Made by a program: the position numbers and the translations under genes. 63,908 nucleotides of DNA from a virus (lineage: Duplodnaviria; Caudoviricetes). The stretch is from the IMG/VR virus record IMGVR_UViG_3300048033_000958, positions 1-63,908 of that record. One strand, 5' to 3'. A model generated the notes under the pieces. The model did no database searches. It had not been told where the DNA came from and saw nothing but the letters and a program-made list of their open reading frames with translations. Below, piece by piece: positions 44,969-54,242 of the stretch. Each line of letters opens with the position of its first letter. Within the stretch, counting starts at the first letter, position 1.

Positions 44969-46692
44969 TATGCATTCACCATCATATATCCAACAATAGT
45001 AGTATCCCAAGTTTCACCATCACATTTGTGCTCAATTTCACCGACTGCAAAATATACACTACCGTGACTCACTGCGTTTGGTAGTGGATTAACTGTAAAC
45101 TTTTGCATAAATTTAGGACCATTCCACCCATCTAAAGTAACACTTAAATCAATACCATATCTCATTGATATTCCCTTGAGGTCTTTGTTAACATATTGTT
45201 TTAGTATTCCTTTACAATCTTGAGCAAGTTCTGCGGAATAATTCTGACCTATCTCTTTTATTTTTTCATCTAAAAGTGTACCAGGGTCTTTGGGTTCATC
45301 TTGTGTTGTTTCTTCCTTTGGTTTACATCCTGCAAAAACACTCTCTACGATAGATTTAGGATATGGACCACTACTACCTGCAAATGCAATTGCTGCCATA
45401 TCTGGGTCCATATTAGATGACATACTAAGTGATTTTATTGGTGAACTAGGACTTAGTAAATTAATTGTAGTAGCACCACTTTTTTTAATATCATTCTTTC
45501 TATTTAGTATGTAGAACGTACCCTTATCTTCTGATATAAAGCAATCAACTGCCGTTCCCGTACAAGTACTTAGTTCGGCAAATATTTTATTTAATAATTG
45601 GTTGGTTGTATATTCTTTATTATCTTCTTTTTGTGATTGCATTACGGAGTCTTCCATATCAATCAATTTAGGAATAGAAACCCATATATCACCAACAGAC
45701 CCATCAGCCCCCGTCAATTTTGAAAAGTCATTCTTTTCACCATATTTTCCCCTTTTGCCTGGTAGGCAAAATGCCATTGGGTCTGCTGATTTTAGTTTGG
45801 CTAGTGTCTTATATTTTGCATCAAGTTTATATCGATTACCAACTAGCTCATTTAAAAATCCCACAACTCTACTTATTTTTACAACAGGTACTAGGATGTT
45901 ATCGGCAGACCCAAGTGATACTATCATATCGAACGTAGATGCATCTTTTTGTCCCTTAATCAACCCATAATCTCCCTTTGAAACTGCAGTTCCATCACGA
46001 GAAGGTACATTTGTATTTTTTAGATTACCTTTTTCATCTCTTGCTAAACCTAATGCCTTATCACATTCATTTTGAAGTTTTTTGATGATAGAATAACCTT
46101 TATTTTTTTTATCACCAGCATCTACCGACTCAACACCATTTTTAGATGGTTTTACCTTCAATGCACCTGCGATAGTTGCATCGGAGTTTTCACCCATACA
46201 CTTACAAGTACACGAATACGAACCATCATCTGAATTGTATGAAAAACTAAAATCATAAACGGATGCTTTTGATATTGTTAATTTATCACCTGGTGAATAC
46301 CCAATAGTGACATCAACCAACATACCTGGAATCATAAATGCATTTGCCATTTTGTTTAGTTGGTCAGTTCCATAACAAATGTATTGAAACTCAATTTCCC
46401 AAAGTGCAGTATCTTCGATACCACCACTACCTTGATTTTTAGTAGTGATTGATGTTAGGTATGGATTAGGTACATACCGACCACCACTTCTGGGTTGTAA
46501 TGCACCACCTTGTGCAAATTTTGTACTAGAATCACCCCCAAATGTTAAAGATGCACCACCACCAGAACAAGTAAATTGTTTATTACCAACTACTTTAACA
46601 CTACCATATGCTCTTCGTTTATAAGCACGTTGTTTACTATCAAATGGATTTGGTGGTAAATTTAATCCACCTTGATTGAATATATTTGACAT
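44968..46692 (-). CDS. Putative baseplate hub protein
   Basis: Follows LysM gene; C-terminal LSVTLDG..IEHK..WDTTI hub-like pattern. Confidence 0.55.
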   Translation of the reverse strand: MSNIFNQGGLNLPPNPFDSKQRAYKRRAYGSVKVVGNKQFTCSGGGASLTFGGDSSTKFAQGGALQPRSGGRYVPNPYLTSITTKNQGSGGIEDTALWEIEFQYICYGTDQLNKMANAFMIPGMLVDVTIGYSPGDKLTISKASVYDFSFSYNSDDGSYSCTCKCMGENSDATIAGALKVKPSKNGVESVDAGDKKNKGYSIIKKLQNECDKALGLARDEKGNLKNTNVPSRDGTAVSKGDYGLIKGQKDASTFDMIVSLGSADNILVPVVKISRVVGFLNELVGNRYKLDAKYKTLAKLKSADPMAFCLPGKRGKYGEKNDFSKLTGADGSVGDIWVSIPKLIDMEDSVMQSQKEDNKEYTTNQLLNKIFAELSTCTGTAVDCFISEDKGTFYILNRKNDIKKSGATTINLLSPSSPIKSLSMSSNMDPDMAAIAFAGSSGPYPKSIVESVFAGCKPKEETTQDEPKDPGTLLDEKIKEIGQNYSAELAQDCKGILKQYVNKDLKGISMRYGIDLSVTLDGWNGPKFMQKFTVNPLPNAVSHGSVYFAVGEIEHKCDGETWDTTIVGYMMVNA

Positions 46693-46695
46693 AAC

Positions 46696-46998
46696 TTACT
46701 CAATATCATTTAGTTCTTTGTACTTATCTATGATTTCAAATTGATTTTGTGGAATCCTTACTTGAGCACCTACCTCTATAGTTAAGTCGCCTTTACCAAT
46801 ATTATTTGCGCGTGCAATAATCCACCAAAGTGATGAATCTTGATAGTATTTAAAAGCAAGATTATCTAACCTATCACCAACCTGACCAATAATGTATATG
46901 TCATCAACGTGGGGTTCTATTATAGGGAATAGTGTAGTCTTTTTAAATCTACGACCATTCATACCTCTCAATACTTCTATACCATCATATCTATTCAT
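46696..46998 (-). CDS. LysM-containing baseplate wedge protein (gp53-like)
   Basis: GDRLDNLAFKYYQDSSLWWIIARAN..G.QVRIP. Confidence 0.85.
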   Translation of the reverse strand: MNRYDGIEVLRGMNGRRFKKTTLFPIIEPHVDDIYIIGQVGDRLDNLAFKYYQDSSLWWIIARANNIGKGDLTIEVGAQVRIPQNQFEIIDKYKELNDIE

Positions 46999-49694
46999 TA
47001 TTGAAATCCTTTAGTTTCATAGAAAGAATAGTGATTCTTGCTACTCTTATAAATAGTATCTGGAAGAATAGTTAATCCAACATTTACATCAACTCCCATT
47101 GGAAGTTCTGATAGGTTACCATCGTGATTTATATCCCAAGGTAAGTCATCTGGTATCGTGTATGTTAGTGATGTAATTAATGATGGAACACCACTTGTAC
47201 CATTACCCCATAATTGACCTAATCTAAAGTAACAAATATGACCTGAGTATGCTGACCCATATGTTGGCATTGTTAACTTTGATAATTCGGAAAGTTTCTT
47301 CCATATGTTTTTCATCTCATCTCTTGAGGTTGCATATGCTTTGAAACTAAATGAAAGGGTTCTTTCAAACTCAGAATACATATATGCTTTATCAGCACGA
47401 CCTGGATATTTGATACCATTCCAACTTGGTGAAAATGTTTCAGTTACACCATTAATTGTAGAACGGAATTGGATGATTTTAGCACTATCTTGAGTTCCTG
47501 CAGTTGTATCATATGCAAAAAATAGGTGAACTAAGTCATTTTGAAGTTTTGCATTAAATACCGAATCGTACACATTGTCTATTCTACGAGATGAATTACC
47601 TGTTGCTATTCGTTCACTATTTGTTTTAAATGTAGCAGGTGTTCCATATGTCTTTTCTAAATTATACTCTTCGTAGTTAGTGCCCGCTTCCACATCAGGC
47701 AATCTATTGTACTTTAATGTTTTTAGATTTCTAAAATCACCTTTGTAATTTGATAGTTTTTCTCCATTTGCTAATTTTTGGATAGTACCATATGATATTG
47801 CCTCGTAGTCAATAATACTAGTACCAAATCCACTTTTTTTGCTATCATCAGATTTATATAAACCACGAGGTTCAAACTCTTTATCTATATTAAATGTTGA
47901 TTTTGGATTTACTTGGTTACCTATGGTAGTACCAATCAAGTTATTATCGTTTAGAGTTCTAACTAATTGGGTTTGGTAATATTTAGTTTCTAATTTAGGT
48001 CCAAATGGGTCAATAGGTCCAATAAAAAACTTATCATAAGTAGTTAAATATGCTCTAACTTTAGCAAAGTCCTTACCTACGTTTTTGAAAGTATTCGTGT
48101 ATCGAGTTGTTCTAGTTACACCAATTCCATAAACTGAGTCGAACCCACCTCTTAGGTCTGGTGCTCCTATAGGGAATATATCACTATTCAACCCTTTTCT
48201 AGATAGTGAGAATACACTATATATATTCCTCAAAGGACTTATGTTGATAGAAGCACCTACATTATATTTCCAACCCTGTTTACCTAATGGGATTAAGTCA
48301 GGTCTATCAAATTTTAAACCTAAATGTTGCCCTGCCAAACTTGCTAAAAGATTTACTGGTGTCCAAGTCTTACCATATTTCTGACTACGTTGTAATCCTA
48401 CTTGTCTTACACCCCATAACAATCCCTTTGCTGATAAAAAGAATGACCCAATGCGGGCAACATCTACCAATGCTCGTGTAGTAGATGCTACAATACCACC
48501 TCTAATTAATCCATCATCAACACCTAACCCAAAGTCCCAAAATTGAGGTTCACCCTTAGTGATTTTTTTTCTTTGTATACCTCGTAATATGTAAGGTGCC
48601 TTTATTATGTTTAGTGAGTTGGGTGAATCATCTTTTAGATTAAATTTATGATACATCTCATCTAAGAATGATGGTGAATTACGTTTCTCCATCATACTAC
48701 CAATGCTTGTGTATGAATCTATATATCTACTACCATCGGGAGAATATCGCTGTGTATCACCAATAGGGTCACCGACCTTATATTTACCATACCCTGCTTG
48801 AAAAGATATTCCACTATTTGCACTACCAAATTGACTTAATAGTGAATTTGTATTATCAAATGAAGTTTGTGATGGGTCTACCCCAACAAATGTAGAATCA
48901 TTCTTTGGTTGTTGGTATGGTGAAAATCCTTTAGCATTATCATCAGTAATAAAATCAACAAATTTAGGGTCTTTTGCTTGCCTTTCTAAGTTAGGATTAA
49001 ATTTAATTTCATCTGGAGTGGTTACACCTAAAAAATTAGATGAGTTGTCAAATTCAGTTGGTGTTGTTTCACCTAAGAACTTAGACTCACCATCAAACTC
49101 AGTAGGAGTAGTCTCACCTAAAAAATTAGATGAGTTGTTAAATTCAGTTGGTGTTGTTTCACCTAAGAACTTTTGGGTAAACGATAACTCACTTGGAGTA
49201 GTCTCGCCTAAGAATTGTTGTACAAATCTGAACTCAGATGGTGTGGTTTCCCCTTTGAACTTTTCCTCATTGGAGTAGTCTTGAGGAGTCGTCTGACCCT
49301 TAAATCTATCTCCTTGAGTAATATTTGTTGTTTCGGTTTCACCTTTAAATTTATCCCCTTGTTGTACTTCTTGTGCTTCAGTCTGACCTAAGAATCTTTC
49401 TTCTAAAGACATCTTAGTAGGTGTGGTCTCACCCAAATAGTTCGATGAGTTATCAAACTTACTTGGATTAGTCTCACCCAAATAGTTCGATGAGTTATCA
49501 AACTTACTTGGAGTCACACCTTGTTTTGGTGTAGTCGTGTTTGACTTAGGGGCAGATGGGGTCTTATCCACGAATTGGGATAGAGGGGTCTGATTAGTAG
49601 ACTTAGGTACTTCCACTCGTTTCTTATCACTAAGTGGTTTCTCTATGGGTCTTCTAAATTTAGATAAGTCTGATTTTAAATCTTTTAATGCCAT
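46998..49694 (-). CDS. Baseplate/tail-tube initiator-like protein with N-terminal repeats
   Basis: C-terminal QFRS..ETFSPSWN...Y.GR..Y.Y..FERTLSFSF tube-like domain; lies between tape measure and LysM genes. Confidence 0.6.
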   Translation of the reverse strand: MALKDLKSDLSKFRRPIEKPLSDKKRVEVPKSTNQTPLSQFVDKTPSAPKSNTTTPKQGVTPSKFDNSSNYLGETNPSKFDNSSNYLGETTPTKMSLEERFLGQTEAQEVQQGDKFKGETETTNITQGDRFKGQTTPQDYSNEEKFKGETTPSEFRFVQQFLGETTPSELSFTQKFLGETTPTEFNNSSNFLGETTPTEFDGESKFLGETTPTEFDNSSNFLGVTTPDEIKFNPNLERQAKDPKFVDFITDDNAKGFSPYQQPKNDSTFVGVDPSQTSFDNTNSLLSQFGSANSGISFQAGYGKYKVGDPIGDTQRYSPDGSRYIDSYTSIGSMMEKRNSPSFLDEMYHKFNLKDDSPNSLNIIKAPYILRGIQRKKITKGEPQFWDFGLGVDDGLIRGGIVASTTRALVDVARIGSFFLSAKGLLWGVRQVGLQRSQKYGKTWTPVNLLASLAGQHLGLKFDRPDLIPLGKQGWKYNVGASINISPLRNIYSVFSLSRKGLNSDIFPIGAPDLRGGFDSVYGIGVTRTTRYTNTFKNVGKDFAKVRAYLTTYDKFFIGPIDPFGPKLETKYYQTQLVRTLNDNNLIGTTIGNQVNPKSTFNIDKEFEPRGLYKSDDSKKSGFGTSIIDYEAISYGTIQKLANGEKLSNYKGDFRNLKTLKYNRLPDVEAGTNYEEYNLEKTYGTPATFKTNSERIATGNSSRRIDNVYDSVFNAKLQNDLVHLFFAYDTTAGTQDSAKIIQFRSTINGVTETFSPSWNGIKYPGRADKAYMYSEFERTLSFSFKAYATSRDEMKNIWKKLSELSKLTMPTYGSAYSGHICYFRLGQLWGNGTSGVPSLITSLTYTIPDDLPWDINHDGNLSELPMGVDVNVGLTILPDTIYKSSKNHYSFYETKGFQ
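49020..49514 (-). repeat. 11 tandem 45-bp (15-aa) coding repeats
   Basis: Consensus TPxxFxxxxxFLGET; 49426-49467 identical to 49471-49512. Confidence 0.9.
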
Positions 49695-49705
49695 CTACCT
49701 ATCCC

Positions 49706-51961
49706 TTACTTTAATTGGTCTCTATAAGACTGCATTCTTACATTCTTCTTGTTCATCTGACTTACTACTTTATCATCAATAACAATCTGAACTGGTTGTG
49801 ATTGTATGTCTCTTCTAAGACCTTTAATTTCATCTAATAATGGGTCACTCTGCTGACCACCTGCTCCACCACCCGATTCTGAGTCTCCTCCCAATCCAAG
49901 TGCGTTTGCAATCATTGGTAGGAATACTCCCAAAATCATTAGAGTTGGTAGTAGTGGTGTAATCAATGCCAATCCCAATGCTAATGGAATCATAGATGCC
50001 CCTAATATAGCAAAGACACCTGCTAAAGCAATCAATCCTGGAGCAATCATCACTAATGCTACTAATTGTGTTGTTAATTCACCAAACATACCAAACCCTT
50101 TGGCAATTTCTTGGATAGCAATACCAAGAACTAATAAGGCAGCTGCGATTACCAACATTGCTGCTGCTCCTGCGAGGATTGCAACTGCACCCACCCCACT
50201 CATCATTATTGCTCCGACCAATGCTAAAGCACCTACGAGTGCTAACATAGATACAACTGCCATACCAACCGCATCCCAAGAAACTTTCATAAATTCTTGG
50301 ACTGCTTTAGCAAATACAAAAACCGATGCTGCTACCAATACAAGTGCAGCCCCACCAGCAAGTAGTTTCTTGCCATCTATTTTTTCGATACCCTTAGTGA
50401 ATCCAGTCATACCCTTACTACCACCTTTTGGTATTTCGGCCGTAGCTCCCTTTTTTGCTAATAGTTCTTTTCCTTTAGAAAAACTACCACCTGCAAATTG
50501 TGATTTCTTACCACCACCAAAGACACCTTTAATTTTACCACCAAGACCTTTTAAAGTCTTACCAATACCACTAAATGATAAATTCATATTTTTAGATAAT
50601 ACGGATGCTTGTGCTAATGCAGGTATTATTGCCGTAAATAATGTAGAACCCATACTTCCCATTGTTGCCAAAGTAGCCTGTGTTGCTTCTTGAGATTCTA
50701 TTTTTTTTGTAAGGGCTTCTTCATCGAGTCCTGGGTATTCAGCACGTAGTTTAGACATCTCTTCTTCTTTGACCAACATTTCGGTCATTTGGTCTACTGA
50801 CATACCATACGCATCTGCGTATGCTTTTTGTGCCATTGGACCGAGTTTACCAAATTCTTTAGAAGAACCAACTTGTTCTGACAATGCTTTACTTAATTGT
50901 GATGCATCACCAGTCATTTGATATTGTAATGCAGCTTCTCTAACTTTTTGAGCATTAATGTCTTTACCCAATAACATTCTTGCCTTCATCTCTGCTTTTA
51001 AAGAACCTTCAATGTTTAACATATTATCTGATACTGAATTTAACAATTCCATTGATTGTCCGTGTTTTTTCAACTCAGCAGTTTTACGGGCTAATACTCT
51101 GATTTCTTCCTCTGATTTACCAACAAGTAAATTTTGATTATTTGCCATTTCTTGAAGAACTGCTGAAGCAGCTACTCCTTCTTGCATTGCAATTGCTTTG
51201 ATTGAATCGGTCATATCTCCAGCATCACCTGCTGCTTGACCAAATATAGCACTTAGTTGTGCGGGTCCTTGAACCCCTAATGCGGATAGTTCTGCGATAT
51301 TCTTCTGACTATCCATAGTTAGATTTGATATTGTCCCAAAGTATTGTGCGGATTCTTTAGCAGCATCTGCTAATGCTTGAGAACCATATAACATACCTTC
51401 TATACTAAATGATGCGGCAAGTGTTTGTGCCCCGATTTCTGCGGCTTCTCCTGCGGACACACCTAAATTGATATATAAGTCTTTTGCTAAACCCACTGTA
51501 TTTCCTACAAACTCAGATATTTTCTTAACACCTGCTGTGATTGCCATCACACCAAGGGCGGCTGCCCCACCTACCTTAAATGCTTCAACATACTTGCTAT
51601 TCATCCCTAAGGCATCTTTGAGATTGCCTTTTAGGTCCTTCATCAGGTCACCACGTTGTTTTTCTTGTTTTACAAGTTTTTCTGCAGTTTCAAGCTGTTC
51701 CAACATCTGTTTGGCCAAATCTTCATTTTTATCATATATCTCAGAAATGATTTTTTCCTTGGCTTCAGCAATCTTTGTTAACTTAGATTCTAAGTCTTTT
51801 GCTTCTAAAATGGCAGCAGTATTTTCTTTTAGAATCTTACCCTCGCGAGTTCTACCATCTAAGTTTTTTTGCAATATGTCAGACAGATTCTTCTGAATCT
51901 GTTCTTCAGCTCTCATTGCATCAACACGTGCTTGGGTATCTTTTCTTTCGTTTGTAGCCAT
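49706..51961 (-). CDS. Tape measure protein
   Basis: Ala/Gly-rich helical protein with hydrophobic C-terminal stretch, downstream of the tail chaperone. Confidence 0.85.
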   Translation of the reverse strand: MATNERKDTQARVDAMRAEEQIQKNLSDILQKNLDGRTREGKILKENTAAILEAKDLESKLTKIAEAKEKIISEIYDKNEDLAKQMLEQLETAEKLVKQEKQRGDLMKDLKGNLKDALGMNSKYVEAFKVGGAAALGVMAITAGVKKISEFVGNTVGLAKDLYINLGVSAGEAAEIGAQTLAASFSIEGMLYGSQALADAAKESAQYFGTISNLTMDSQKNIAELSALGVQGPAQLSAIFGQAAGDAGDMTDSIKAIAMQEGVAASAVLQEMANNQNLLVGKSEEEIRVLARKTAELKKHGQSMELLNSVSDNMLNIEGSLKAEMKARMLLGKDINAQKVREAALQYQMTGDASQLSKALSEQVGSSKEFGKLGPMAQKAYADAYGMSVDQMTEMLVKEEEMSKLRAEYPGLDEEALTKKIESQEATQATLATMGSMGSTLFTAIIPALAQASVLSKNMNLSFSGIGKTLKGLGGKIKGVFGGGKKSQFAGGSFSKGKELLAKKGATAEIPKGGSKGMTGFTKGIEKIDGKKLLAGGAALVLVAASVFVFAKAVQEFMKVSWDAVGMAVVSMLALVGALALVGAIMMSGVGAVAILAGAAAMLVIAAALLVLGIAIQEIAKGFGMFGELTTQLVALVMIAPGLIALAGVFAILGASMIPLALGLALITPLLPTLMILGVFLPMIANALGLGGDSESGGGAGGQQSDPLLDEIKGLRRDIQSQPVQIVIDDKVVSQMNKKNVRMQSYRDQLK

Positions 51962-51977
51962 TTATTATTACACCATT

Positions 51978-52199
51978 TTATTTGAAGAATGGGTCATCTT
52001 TAGTGGAATTCCAATCTATTGGTTTAATGTTGTACTTTTTTAGAATCTTTTGGTAATCTGGGTCGTTTGTTAGTTTATCAAGTTTCTTTTTCTTGATTGC
52101 CACTCTTATAGAATTCAAAAAATCAGATACAGCACTTTCGTTCATACCTCTTTTTTTGAGTGACTCAACAATCCCTTCAAGTTTTTTATTTGAATCCAT
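51978..52199 (-). CDS. Small hypothetical protein
   Basis: 73 aa; TATTTATA motif and AGAGG upstream. Confidence 0.65.
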   Translation of the reverse strand: MDSNKKLEGIVESLKKRGMNESAVSDFLNSIRVAIKKKKLDKLTNDPDYQKILKKYNIKPIDWNSTKDDPFFK

Positions 52200-52229
52200 A
52201 GTAATCCTCTTTATATACTATAAATATGG

Positions 52230-52255
52230 AAAAACCCAACTTTAAGTTGGGTCTT
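52230..52255 (-). terminator. Intrinsic terminator
   Basis: ACCCAAC-TTAAA-GTTGGGT stem followed by a T-run on the minus strand. Confidence 0.75.
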
Positions 52256-52257
52256 CC

Positions 52258-52474
52258 TTACTTTCTTGTCTTTGCTCTTATTTTCGCTGCTTCTTTATCG
52301 TGTGCTTTCTTCTCTTCTTCCTTAAACTCAACAATTTTATTGATATAAAACTTACGAGTCCAAATTGGCATATTGTAAACATCCGAGAAGGTAAATCCAC
52401 CATTTCCGTGGTAGATTAGGTCAAAAATATGAGCGTGTAGATACTGCCTATAATTAATTGGAAGGCCAAAAAAA
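52258..52474 (-). CDS. Frameshift-accessed C-terminal extension of the tail assembly chaperone
   Basis: Start-less +1 frame after the T7 run: FFGLPINYRQYLHAHIFDLIYHGNGGFTFSDVYNMPIWTRKFYINKIVEFKEEEKKAHDKEAAKIRAKTRK. Confidence 0.75.
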
Positions 52475-53323
52475 GGTCACATCCATTGGCAGTAGCATCT
52501 CTCTCCCTTCCCCGGTCTCCTCAGATACAAATTCCCAAGTTAGGTCAATGTCAGGTACTACTTCGTTAATATACGCTCTGAGGGCCTTAGAATCTACTGC
52601 GAATAGTTCATTATCAACGAAATGATTAATTGTTTTTTGCTCACTATCTCCATCTACTGATAAAATCATAGTTTTCATACGAGTGGTGAGTTCTCTTGAG
52701 GTTGAATCTTTTAGTTTACGATTCGCCTTTGCCAATTCCTCAGTTGTGTGTTTTACCTTTCTCTCTTTACTCTCAGTCATTGCCATAAAGGTAATTTTTC
52801 TTTGAGAACGAGGTAGTGTAAATTCAAACTCATTTTTATGAGGTTCTAATTGTTGTGAACCATCATACTCTTTGTTTTCAAACTGAGTGAGGTCGATGGT
52901 TTCTTTTTGTTTATTACCACTATAAGGGTCTTCCACTTCAACTTCGTAATCTTTACCATATCCCAAGATTCTTGCAGCAATCATAATGGCATTTTTGTCA
53001 CCAGTCACCAAGTCTACATACTTGATAGGCATACCTTCACCATTTGATACGATAAGAGATTGGAATAGTCGGTCAAGAACCGAACCATCTTTGATGTATG
53101 ACTGAGTTGTGAGGATATCCTCTTCCTTTGCAGTCATATACTTCATTTCGACTTTACCACTTGATAGTGGATTGTCGTTTGCATAAATCAAACCCTTTGA
53201 TGGGAGTTCGATAATTTCAGTTGGAAACTTGTAATCACTTACTTGTTTCACTTCGTGTTGTTGTCTAATCTGAGCAGCTAAATCAGCATCAGACATTTTG
53301 TAGTCATCTTGTAAATCTGCCAT
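52454..53323 (-). CDS. Tail/baseplate hub assembly chaperone (gp26-like)
   Basis: IELPSKG..Y, MTAKEEDIL, ARILGYG, ends FFWP; start reassigned to MADLQ (AAAGGAAG upstream). Confidence 0.82.
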   Translation of the reverse strand: MADLQDDYKMSDADLAAQIRQQHEVKQVSDYKFPTEIIELPSKGLIYANDNPLSSGKVEMKYMTAKEEDILTTQSYIKDGSVLDRLFQSLIVSNGEGMPIKYVDLVTGDKNAIMIAARILGYGKDYEVEVEDPYSGNKQKETIDLTQFENKEYDGSQQLEPHKNEFEFTLPRSQRKITFMAMTESKERKVKHTTEELAKANRKLKDSTSRELTTRMKTMILSVDGDSEQKTINHFVDNELFAVDSKALRAYINEVVPDIDLTWEFVSEETGEGREMLLPMDVTFFWPSN

Positions 53324-53385
53324 AACTTCCTTTGTTATAATTTGGTTAACCACATATAAATATGGAACTCAAACATTTATAATAC

Positions 53386-53413
53386 AAAAACCCCCACCAA
53401 AAGGTGAGGGTTT
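53386..53413 (-). terminator. Intrinsic terminator
   Basis: AAACCCTCACC-TTTT-GGTGGGGGTTTTT on the minus strand. Confidence 0.75.
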
Positions 53414-53434
53414 GTTTTTCATAGTACAATTTTA

Positions 53435-53686
53435 TTAAACTTGTTCCCAAGTATATGAACCACTATCTCCGAGTAGTTTCCATTCACCACCACCAGTATA
53501 TGCTTCTGGCATATCGATGTCGGTTCTTACACACTCATACCCATTGGTCCAAGTGTATGGGAAGTTTTCATCGATGTCGAATGAACAACTAACTGCAGTA
53601 GTGTCATCTTCAGTAATAGTAATTGTTCCTGCAAAGGTAACTGCATCAACTACATAATCTTGTCTTCTTCTAATAATATTTTTCAT
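53435..53686 (-). CDS. Hypothetical protein
   Basis: 83 aa, between tail tube gene and terminator. Confidence 0.6.
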   Translation of the reverse strand: MKNIIRRRQDYVVDAVTFAGTITITEDDTTAVSCSFDIDENFPYTWTNGYECVRTDIDMPEAYTGGGEWKLLGDSGSYTWEQV

Positions 53687-53705
53687 AATATATCTTAGTT
53701 AAAAA

Positions 53706-54194
53706 TTAGTATTGTAGGATTGCGTAATCGTAAGTAAGTGTCAATTCAACTGTTGCCAAATCTTCACCACTATAATCCATATCAGAGAAATTAGCAGATT
53801 GAATGTAAGCACCTTTCAATGTCCACTCTTCTACTTTATCACCAACAGGACCCAAACTATTGAATGTGATATCTTTCTTGTAGAAGTCAGAGTATCCATC
53901 ACGACCAGTTACTGATTCGTGGTGTAGTCTTACCCACTCCATAGTTGCTTGTGCAGCTGATGGAACTACTGGGTCGTACAATGTTACTGACAAGTCACTC
54001 CATTCAGAACGACCTTTCACATATCTACGAGTGTTGATATGGTCGATAGTCACTTTACCATTAGTAATCTCAGGTCTTGCAGAAGTCTTAATCAAGTATG
54101 CAGGAATACCTTCGATGTACATAATGAACCTATTTGACATTTTAGGTTCAAAGTTGGTGAACATAATTTCATTTGGGTCTAATAGCTGTGCCAT
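53706..54194 (-). CDS. Tail tube protein (gp19-like)
   Basis: FEPK..NRF, LYDP, W.R, YKKD, VEEWTLKGA, YDYA; follows sheath. Confidence 0.92.
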   Translation of the reverse strand: MAQLLDPNEIMFTNFEPKMSNRFIMYIEGIPAYLIKTSARPEITNGKVTIDHINTRRYVKGRSEWSDLSVTLYDPVVPSAAQATMEWVRLHHESVTGRDGYSDFYKKDITFNSLGPVGDKVEEWTLKGAYIQSANFSDMDYSGEDLATVELTLTYDYAILQY

Positions 54195-54242
54195 TTATAA
54201 TCTCCTATTGTCTCTTTCTAATAAATAGTCTAATTCTTACAT

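Noticed and set aside
49020-49514. Possible CRISPR array
   Set aside because: The repeats are in-frame, degenerate coding units with no unique spacers, and there is no cas operon.
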